64,000 bases of DNA, taken from the IMG/VR virus record IMGVR_UViG_3300034283_001314; one strand, given 5' to 3'. The notes beneath the pieces were generated by a model, which had not been told where the DNA came from, made no database searches, and worked only from the letters and a program-made list of their open reading frames with translations. The translations under genes and the position numbers were made by a program. Positions 57,030 to 64,000 of this stretch are shown here, piece after piece (position 1 is the stretch's first letter; every line of letters begins with the position of its first letter). This DNA comes from a virus (taxonomy: Duplodnaviria; Heunggongvirae; Uroviricota; Caudoviricetes).

Positions 57030-57149
57030 ATGAAAAAGTTAATTGATAAAGTAAAGCAATTATACAAGAATTACAAATTAAAAAAAGAGTTCAAAAAGAA
57101 AATAAAAGAACTTAGAAAGAGAGATCCATTCATTTATAAGAATGTTTAA
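57030..57149 (+). CDS. Small basic protein (39 aa), absent from the ORF track
   Basis: MKKLIDKVKQLYKNYKLKKEFKKKIKELRKRDPFIYKNV; fills the intergenic gap. Confidence 0.65.
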   Translation: MKKLIDKVKQLYKNYKLKKEFKKKIKELRKRDPFIYKNV

Positions 57150-57152
57150 TCT

Positions 57153-57161
57153 ATATTTATA
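57153..57161 (+). promoter_or_regulatory. Putative late promoter ATATTTATA
   Basis: Intergenic, 3 nt before ATG 57165. Confidence 0.55.
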
Positions 57162-57164
57162 CTC

Positions 57165-60100
57165 ATGAAATTTATCGATTCAATTGTAAACGCCCTAATA
57201 AAAGAGGGATTTCCTGGTGGTGTTGGAGTAGGACTTACTTTACCCAATGGATATATTAATGGTGCACCTGATAATTCCGATGAGGATGATAAGAATGAAG
57301 ATGTCATACCAGGCGGAAAAGCAGAAGGTAAATCATTAGTAGATTTAGCAAACAAATATAATGTAGAACTTTCTAAAATAAAAGAAGAACTTACAAAAGG
57401 TGTTAAGGTTGAAATGGAACACACAACTGATGTTCGTAAAGCAGCTGAGATTGCAAAAGACCATTTATGGGAAGACTTACATTATTATACTAAGTTAGCA
57501 AAGATTGAGAAAACAAATGAAATTTCAGAAGCTAGTCAATCAGGTACTGGTTATTCAAATCAAACATTAGATTTATTAGTAGCAAATCCAGAAACAGGAG
57601 AACAAATAAAGGTTCGTTCAGCACTAAATTATCCACAAAATCATCCTGCATACAAAGCCGCTCTTAAATTGGTAAATGCAAATGAACCTGAAAAGAAAGC
57701 TGGTGATACAAGACATAAACATATTAAAAGGTTAAAGACAAGACCTAAGTGGAATCCTGGTGGGAAACCTACAACCGGAACACCAATTAAACAACCTGAT
57801 CATATTGAAACACAACCAACTGCAACATCACAAGTGGCAACAGCAAGTAATTCAAATTGGATGGCCGGTAAAGATGGTTGGGAAATATTAGATGATGAAA
57901 GAGCAAAAGTAAAAAATATTAGAGATTATAGTAGAGAGGAATATTCGGCAGAAACGGGAGAATATTTTGATAATGAAGTAACAAAAAAGATTGCTCCAAA
58001 CGCTTTCAAAGATGAAGTAGATATGATTTACAAAATGAAAGCAGCAGATCCAATATATCTTTCAGCTGAAGAAATGCAAAATATGAACAATACGGATGTA
58101 GGTGATATTTTAGGAGCAAGTGAAGATGGTGGAATGCAGGCAATGTATAATTTAGGTAAAGAAAGAGCAACTGAATATGGTAAAGATTGGGATAGATTAG
58201 AGAATGGAATAAAATCAAATTCAGAAGTTCCTGCACCAATTGCATTAAGAGATAGAAATGGTGATTTACATTTAGTGGCAGGAAATACTAGATTGATGAG
58301 TTTTACAGCTTTTGGTAAAAAACTACCTATTAAAGTAGTAGATTATGATGGAGAGTTTGAATATAATCAATCGGAAGGTATTAATGAAGGATTGATAATG
58401 GAAGGTGGAGCAGCAGGACACTTAGCACATCCGTTTGAAGATGAAGATTTGACTTTTGATGATATGAAAGAAATGATTAACAGAGGTCTTATTGGTGGTT
58501 TAGATAAAGAAGCACCTGTTAGTGAAAAATTAGATGGACAAAATATAGCATTTAGTGTTAGAAATGGTAAGGTGGTGTTCGGTAGAAACAAAGGACATGT
58601 TAGAAATAGTGGTGAAAATGCATTAGATGTAAAAGGAATATACAATCAGTTTAAAGGTAGAGGTGGCATTGAAAAGGCATTTGTTGGAGCAGCTGAAGAT
58701 TTACAATCGGCAGTTAAGAAACTAACACCACAGCAAGTTAAACAAATGTTTGGTAATGGTTCTAAGTTTATGAGTTTAGAAATCATTTTACCTGATACTA
58801 CAAATGTAATTCCATATGGTAGAAGTGTATTGGTAATGCATGGAACAATTCAGTATGATAAAGAGGGTAATGAAGTTAGTCGTTCAACTGATGATGCTAA
58901 TACATTTGCAACAGCAGTTCAAAAAGTTGGTGCAGATAGACAAAAAACATTCGGTATAGAAGGACCTAAAACTATTGCATTTAGTGATGCAGAATCAAAG
59001 GAATATACTAAAAAAGCTAAAGAATACAATTCACAATTAGATAAAGCAGCAAGCGAGTTTGGATTAAAAGATAAATCTAAATTAGCAGATTATCGTACTG
59101 AATGGTGGAAAAGAGAAATTGAAACTCAACAAAAAAATAACAAACTACAATTATCTAATAAAGAAAAAGCTGGTTTAGTTAAAAGATGGGCAGATGGTGA
59201 TAAATCATTTGGTGTAAAATCTTTTAGTGATGATAGAGCAAAAGAATGGTTTAGAAATTATGAAACAAATAATTTAGCTAAATCACAAAAACAAATGATT
59301 AAACCAATTGAAATGGTTTTCTTAAATGTAGGTGCACAATCATTAAGGAGAGTAACAAATTTCTTAGCATCAAACAATCCAAAAGCAGCAGATGCATTAA
59401 GAAAAGAAACAATACAATCTATAAAAGGAATTAAAGATAGTAAAGATACAGATAAACTTACTAAACTACAAGTAGAATTGGAAAGATTAGAAAGTATTGG
59501 TATGGATAAAATAGTTCCATCAGAAGGTGTAGTATTCCAATATAACGGAAAACCATACAAATTTACAGGAGCATTTGCACCTATAAATCAAATACAAGGA
59601 ACATTTAAATTTGATAAACCAAAGAAAGAAGATACAAAAAAAGAAGAAACTTCTAAAAAAGAAGTAGCAATCTTTACAGGTAGATTCCAACCATTCCACG
59701 CCGGTCATTATAGTATTTATGAAGCATTGGTTAAAAAGTTTGGTAAAGAAAATGTGTATATCTCATCATCAAATGTAATGGATGCGGTTAAATCTCCGTT
59801 CCCATTCAAAGAGAAAAAAGATATAATGACTAAGATGTTTGGTATTCCATCTAATAAGGTAGTACAAGTTAAAAATCCATACCAACCGGTAGAAATATTA
59901 AGTAAGTTACCGAAAGATACAACTTATGTAACAGCAGTATCTCAAAAGGATGCAGAAAGATTGGAACAAGGTGGTAAGTATTTTAAGAACTATGATAAGG
60001 TTTCTGATACTAAAAGAAAAGGATATGAAGATGAGGGATACTATATAGTTGCACCTGAAATGCAATTAAAAGTAAATGGTAAAAATATTAGTGGAACACA

Positions 60101-60449
60101 ATTGAGAGCCACATTCGGTGATCCAAAGATGAGTATAGCAGATAAGAGAAAAATATTCAATCAAGTTTATCCTAAATTTGATAAAGATATATTTGCTAGA
60201 ATAGTAGTTAGAACTAAGAATGCAGAAAAGATGAAAGGTGCTAGTAGTGTAAAAGCAGAACCAAAAACAGAAAAACCAAAACAAGTAACTAATTTAAAAA
60301 ATAATAAAAAAGTTAATAAGATACTAAATACTAAGATTAAAAACCCTGATACTGGTAGAATGATATTAGTAAAAACCGCATTAGGATATGATAAATCTGT
60401 TAAAGTTAGAAAGAATGCAATGCAGCTGGTAAAAAATGCTATGGGATAA
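57165..60449 (+). CDS. Multidomain protein: ParB/Srx-like + KxDG ligase-like + HIGH (NMNAT/cytidylyltransferase-like) nucleotidyltransferase
   Basis: GVKVEMEHT...AKDHL; PIALRDRNGDLHLVAGNTRL; SEKLDG...EGVVF..YKFTG; TGRFQPFHAGH...ISGTQLR. Confidence 0.75.
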   Translation: MKFIDSIVNALIKEGFPGGVGVGLTLPNGYINGAPDNSDEDDKNEDVIPGGKAEGKSLVDLANKYNVELSKIKEELTKGVKVEMEHTTDVRKAAEIAKDHLWEDLHYYTKLAKIEKTNEISEASQSGTGYSNQTLDLLVANPETGEQIKVRSALNYPQNHPAYKAALKLVNANEPEKKAGDTRHKHIKRLKTRPKWNPGGKPTTGTPIKQPDHIETQPTATSQVATASNSNWMAGKDGWEILDDERAKVKNIRDYSREEYSAETGEYFDNEVTKKIAPNAFKDEVDMIYKMKAADPIYLSAEEMQNMNNTDVGDILGASEDGGMQAMYNLGKERATEYGKDWDRLENGIKSNSEVPAPIALRDRNGDLHLVAGNTRLMSFTAFGKKLPIKVVDYDGEFEYNQSEGINEGLIMEGGAAGHLAHPFEDEDLTFDDMKEMINRGLIGGLDKEAPVSEKLDGQNIAFSVRNGKVVFGRNKGHVRNSGENALDVKGIYNQFKGRGGIEKAFVGAAEDLQSAVKKLTPQQVKQMFGNGSKFMSLEIILPDTTNVIPYGRSVLVMHGTIQYDKEGNEVSRSTDDANTFATAVQKVGADRQKTFGIEGPKTIAFSDAESKEYTKKAKEYNSQLDKAASEFGLKDKSKLADYRTEWWKREIETQQKNNKLQLSNKEKAGLVKRWADGDKSFGVKSFSDDRAKEWFRNYETNNLAKSQKQMIKPIEMVFLNVGAQSLRRVTNFLASNNPKAADALRKETIQSIKGIKDSKDTDKLTKLQVELERLESIGMDKIVPSEGVVFQYNGKPYKFTGAFAPINQIQGTFKFDKPKKEDTKKEETSKKEVAIFTGRFQPFHAGHYSIYEALVKKFGKENVYISSSNVMDAVKSPFPFKEKKDIMTKMFGIPSNKVVQVKNPYQPVEILSKLPKDTTYVTAVSQKDAERLEQGGKYFKNYDKVSDTKRKGYEDEGYYIVAPEMQLKVNGKNISGTQLRATFGDPKMSIADKRKIFNQVYPKFDKDIFARIVVRTKNAEKMKGASSVKAEPKTEKPKQVTNLKNNKKVNKILNTKIKNPDTGRMILVKTALGYDKSVKVRKNAMQLVKNAMG

Positions 60450-60474
60450 TTAGGTATTTTAAATTAAAAAATAT

Positions 60475-60483
60475 ATATTTATA
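60475..60483 (+). promoter_or_regulatory. Putative late promoter ATATTTATA
   Basis: Intergenic, 16 nt before ATG 60500. Confidence 0.6.
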
Positions 60484-60499
60484 TATAAAGTTATATTGT

Positions 60500-61165
60500 A
60501 TGTTAATTAAGAGTAAAGGAAATAAGGATAAGAAACAATGGATGCATCCAAGTAGGAAAAAGATTTTGGATGTAATGCATGGTAGAGATAATGGGAACGC
60601 AACGGTAGGATGGACAGCTGGACCTAAGGAAAAAAGAGAAGTTGGTGATACTTGGATTGATGCAGATGGAAAGGAGTGGGAACAACATGACGGATTTATT
60701 TCGAGAGTAACACAAATGGATAGTGTTAGAAATTATATCCAATCATTAGATCAATGTAAAAATGAAAAATGTGAGACTGGTAAACTTTCTGGAAACAATT
60801 TAATATATGCTAGAAAAACAGGATATTGTATAAATTGTTTAGCAACTAAAGAACATCAATTTAGAGTTAAAGGAATATGGAATGATTACGAAACTTGGAA
60901 AATGACAGCAAATCAATTATCATATGTAAAAGATATGTTAGCTAGATTTATACAAGCGAGAAGAGATGTTGAAACACAACCACAATTTATACAGGCAGAT
61001 GGTAGTATTGAAAAGTGGAGTTTTGATGGTGATATTGAACAAGTAAAGAAAAATATTGAAGCAGATATTGAAGAAGCGGTATCTGAAATAGAAAGATTAG
61101 AAACAGAAACAGAAACAAATTTTAAAAAAATAAAAGAGGTATATAATGAAATTTTTGAACTTTAA
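60500..61165 (+). CDS. Hypothetical protein with possible Zn-binding Cys pairs
   Basis: KREVGDTWIDADGKEW; CKNEKC and CINC. Confidence 0.6.
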   Translation: MLIKSKGNKDKKQWMHPSRKKILDVMHGRDNGNATVGWTAGPKEKREVGDTWIDADGKEWEQHDGFISRVTQMDSVRNYIQSLDQCKNEKCETGKLSGNNLIYARKTGYCINCLATKEHQFRVKGIWNDYETWKMTANQLSYVKDMLARFIQARRDVETQPQFIQADGSIEKWSFDGDIEQVKKNIEADIEEAVSEIERLETETETNFKKIKEVYNEIFEL

Positions 61166-61793
61166 GAACATAGCAATTGTTGCATTAATCTTATTCGTAT
61201 TATTACAATGGTTTAACCCAGGTGGTGTAATGCCAGGTGGAAAAACTATTCGTATTGAAGGAAAAAAATATGAAGTAATCAAACATGATATAGATACATT
61301 TGAAGTAGTTAAAACTAAAGTAGTAACTAAGAAAGGTGAAGATATCTATCACGAAACAATCGTAGAGAAAGAAATAATCATTCCTGCAGTAGTAGATACG
61401 GCAGCACTATTAAAAGATTACTACTCAAAAGTATTATATAAAGATGTATTAGTATTACCTGATTCATTAGGAACAATTGCAGTAACTGATACAATTTCCC
61501 AAAACAAAATATGGGGTAGAACATTTGATGCAAAAGTAAAACAAAGAGAAATTAAAGAAACACTTATTGTTAAAGAATTACCAAAAACACAAGTATATTA
61601 TGGTTTAACTGGTGGATTCAACAAAGAAGATGTAATTTCAAATGTTGGTGCAGGATTAATTATAAAAACTAAAAAAGACAAAATCTATAATTTAGGTGTT
61701 GGTGTTGCTAATAGAGTAACCGATGGAACTAATGGAACATTATCACCATATATTGGAGCTGGTGTTTATTGGAAGATTAAGTTGAAAAAATAA
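61146..61793 (+). CDS. Membrane-anchored protein with C-terminal amphipathic beta strands
   Basis: Signal-anchor IAIVALILFVLLQWF; C-terminal YIGAGVYWKI. Confidence 0.55.
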   Translation: MKFLNFKNIAIVALILFVLLQWFNPGGVMPGGKTIRIEGKKYEVIKHDIDTFEVVKTKVVTKKGEDIYHETIVEKEIIIPAVVDTAALLKDYYSKVLYKDVLVLPDSLGTIAVTDTISQNKIWGRTFDAKVKQREIKETLIVKELPKTQVYYGLTGGFNKEDVISNVGAGLIIKTKKDKIYNLGVGVANRVTDGTNGTLSPYIGAGVYWKIKLKK

Positions 61794-63382
61794 TGAATAC
61801 TCCCCAAAAATCCCTAAAGGATGTAATTAAGGAACAATATCAAAAGTGTGCTGGTGATCCGGTATACTTTATGAAAAAATATTGTAAAATTCAGCATCCA
61901 ATTAGAGGAAAAATTCCCTTTGAATTATATCCGTTTCAGGAAGATACCCTAACAGATTTTAAAGATAATAGATACAATATTGTTTTAAAATCTCGTCAGT
62001 TGGGTATATCAACATTAGTAGCAGGTTATGCACTATGGAAAATGATATTTAATGAGGATTTTAACGTTCTTATTATTGCGAACAAACAAGATGTAGCAAA
62101 GAACTTAGTATTGAAAGTTAGAACAATGAATCAGTTACTACCGGTATGGTTAAGAGTATCTGAATCAGAAGATAACAAACTCTCCCTTAGATTAAAAAAT
62201 GGTTCACAAGTAAAAGCGGTATCTTCCAAACCTGACTCTGGTCGTTCGGAAGCCTTATCACTATTAGTATTTGATGAAGCAGCCTTTATCGATTACATTG
62301 ATGAGATATGGACTGGTACTCAGTTAACACTTGCGACGGGTGGTGACTGTATTGCACTTTCTACTCCGAATGGTGTGGGTAATTGGTTTCATAGAATGTG
62401 GGTAGGTGCAGAAAACGGTGACAATTTGTTTAATCCTATCAAACTTCACTGGACGGTACATCCTGATAGAGAACAAGATTGGAGAGATGAACAAACACAA
62501 CAATTAGGTGAAAAACAGGCAGCACAAGAGTGTGATTGTGATTTCATTTCTTCGGGTGATAATGTAATTGATGGTGAATTATTACAATGGTATATTGCTA
62601 ATTACATAAAAGATCCTGAGGAAAAGAGAGGATTTGATAATAATCTATGGGTTTGGAATAAGCCGGATTATACAAAAACATATGTAGTTACAGCGGATGT
62701 TGCTAGAGGTGATGGTGCCGATTATTCTGCGTTTCATGTAATCGATATTGAATCAATGGAACAAGTTGCAGAATATAAAGGAAAGATAGACCCTAAAGAT
62801 TTTGCCAATTTATTAATAAGTGTAGCAACGGATTATAATGATGCACTATTAATTGTAGATAATGCAAATATTGGATGGGCAACAATACAACAAATATTAG
62901 ATAGAGATTATAAAAATTTATTTTGGCAACCTAAAGATATTCAGTATGTAGATGTAGATACTCAATTTACAAACAAATATTATAGAGAACAAAAACAAAT
63001 GATTCCTGGTTTTACAATTACAACCAGAACTCGTCCTATGATTGTTTCTAAGATAGATGCTTATATGAAGGATAAATCCGTTGTAATAAGGTCTAAGAGA
63101 ACGATAGATGAGTTGTTTACCTTTGTATGGGCAAATGGTAGAGCAGAGGCAGCAAGGGGTTATAATGATGATTTAACTATGGCGTTAGGTATTGGATTGT
63201 GGGTTAGAGATACTGCACTTAGATTACAGGGTGAACGAGTGGGTATGAGTAGAAGTGCATTAAATGGATTTCAAAAAAGTGAGTATAATCCAGTTTATAC
63301 AAACGATGATTTAAGAGTAGATCCGTATCAAATGCAAGTTAATAAAGATGATTTTGAAGACTTGAGATGGTTAATTCGATAA
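61793..63382 (+). CDS. terL: Terminase large subunit (T4 gp17-like)
   Basis: FELYPFQ, VLKSRQLGIST, LLVFDEAAF, LSTPNG, VTADVARG, NDDLTMALG. Confidence 0.95.
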   Translation: MNTPQKSLKDVIKEQYQKCAGDPVYFMKKYCKIQHPIRGKIPFELYPFQEDTLTDFKDNRYNIVLKSRQLGISTLVAGYALWKMIFNEDFNVLIIANKQDVAKNLVLKVRTMNQLLPVWLRVSESEDNKLSLRLKNGSQVKAVSSKPDSGRSEALSLLVFDEAAFIDYIDEIWTGTQLTLATGGDCIALSTPNGVGNWFHRMWVGAENGDNLFNPIKLHWTVHPDREQDWRDEQTQQLGEKQAAQECDCDFISSGDNVIDGELLQWYIANYIKDPEEKRGFDNNLWVWNKPDYTKTYVVTADVARGDGADYSAFHVIDIESMEQVAEYKGKIDPKDFANLLISVATDYNDALLIVDNANIGWATIQQILDRDYKNLFWQPKDIQYVDVDTQFTNKYYREQKQMIPGFTITTRTRPMIVSKIDAYMKDKSVVIRSKRTIDELFTFVWANGRAEAARGYNDDLTMALGIGLWVRDTALRLQGERVGMSRSALNGFQKSEYNPVYTNDDLRVDPYQMQVNKDDFEDLRWLIR

Positions 63383-63386
63383 GTTG

Positions 63387-63395
63387 ATATTTATA
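63387..63395 (+). promoter_or_regulatory. Putative late promoter ATATTTATA
   Basis: Intergenic, 26 nt before ATG 63422. Confidence 0.6.
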
Positions 63396-63421
63396 TATTG
63401 TATAATAATAGGAAAAAAAGT

Positions 63422-63967
63422 ATGAAGAAAAGTTTTTTATATGAATTTTTTGGTTTACCTTCAAGTAGGAAATCAATAACTATGGAAAATGGTCAAGAAA
63501 TTGAATTAGGTAAAATATATAGTGGAACTGGGTTCGGTAATATTTCGGAAGAACATTGTGAAGAGTGTGGTGATTATGAAGATGCAGGTGATTATGATGA
63601 ATATGATGTAGAAAACGAATATGATTATGATGATTTTATTTCTTTTATGAAAACAAAACAAAGAGAAAGAGAAGCATATAACGAATCGGTAATCGAAGAA
63701 GCAGAATATCAAGGTAGAAAAGTTCCATTGGGCAAACCAATGAGAGGTGATGTTAAGAAATTTAAAGTTTATGTAAAAAATCCAGCAGGTAATGTTGTTA
63801 AAGTAAACTTTGGACACGGTGGAACATCGGCAGCGGCTAAGGGTGAGAAAACAATGAAAATAAGAAAATCTAACCCAAAAGCGAGAAAATCGTTTAGAGC
63901 TAGACACAATTGTGATAATCCAGGACCGAGAACAAAAGCAAGATATTGGTCTTGTAGAAAATGGTAA
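63422..63967 (+). CDS. Protein with acidic N-half and basic C-terminal domain (putative DNA-binding head protein)
   Basis: EEAEYQGRKV...KVNFG...RKSFRARHNC...KARYWSCRKW. ATG 63422 preferred because TTG 63398 is too close to the motif. Confidence 0.65.
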   Translation: MKKSFLYEFFGLPSSRKSITMENGQEIELGKIYSGTGFGNISEEHCEECGDYEDAGDYDEYDVENEYDYDDFISFMKTKQREREAYNESVIEEAEYQGRKVPLGKPMRGDVKKFKVYVKNPAGNVVKVNFGHGGTSAAAKGEKTMKIRKSNPKARKSFRARHNCDNPGPRTKARYWSCRKW

Positions 63968-63975
63968 AATAAATT

Positions 63976-64000
63976 ATGGCAGATACTACAATATACGGAA
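63976..64000 (+). CDS. Start of next gene, possibly portal protein (3'-truncated)
   Basis: MADTTIYG..., only 8 codons visible; called from its position after the terminase. Confidence 0.3.

Noticed and set aside
61095-61115. GAAACA x3 micro-repeat (ETETET) and similar K/E-rich linkers near 59630-59660
   Set aside because: Short low-complexity coding sequence expected in an A-rich genome; no regulatory context.
396-63907. Minus-strand ORFs and short nested plus-strand ORFs in the ORF track
   Set aside because: All lie antisense to or inside strong + strand genes, have no recognisable motifs, and look like shadow ORFs.
1-64000. Stop-codon recoding (TAG=Gln or TGA=Trp) as in some large phages
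   Set aside because: Long genes (1619, 1094, 1048 aa) are uninterrupted in code 11. TAG and TGA occur at gene ends followed by out-of-frame starts.
1-64000. tRNA genes, CRISPR arrays, IS elements, introns or inteins
   Set aside because: Intergenic gaps are under about 80 nt and hold only promoter or terminator motifs. No spaced repeats, transposase, homing endonuclease or intein motifs were seen; terminase and primase are of normal length.

Overview
The window is a 64 kb, very AT-rich, densely coding segment of a large T4-like (myovirus-type) bacteriophage. All credible genes are on the + strand and read in the standard code. The host is probably Bacteroidota: three TTTG-N20-TAnnTTTG/A housekeeping-type promoters, a Bacteroidota-like IscA, and A-rich start contexts without obvious Shine-Dalgarno sites. 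Gene order: (1) end of a sugar-modification cassette, IscA, peptide deformylase, gp55-like sigma factor and carbamoyltransferase (1-7.1 kb); (2) baseplate/tail module (7.1-24.6 kb); (3) T7-type endonuclease I, primase and a fused Mre11-Rad50 gene (24.6-29.2 kb); (4) a tail fibre and a polyproline/Cys-rich adhesin interleaved with three prolyl-hydroxylase-like oxygenases (29.2-34.8 kb); (5) a 22 kb glycan-biosynthesis island (34.8-57 kb); (6) a large multidomain, probably head-packaged protein, the large terminase and a probable portal start (57-64 kb). A recurring ATATTTATA motif precedes many virion genes and looks like a late promoter. The main candidate novel system is phage-encoded virion glycosylation. 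Tail proteins are enriched in a [S/T]-[G/A]-S tripeptide, a 15-Pro linker is flanked by hydroxylases, two GT7 enzymes carry a lectin domain inside the catalytic domain, and a minimal TPP alpha/beta pair could make a branched-chain sugar. Functional calls come from motifs read by eye; no database searches were run.
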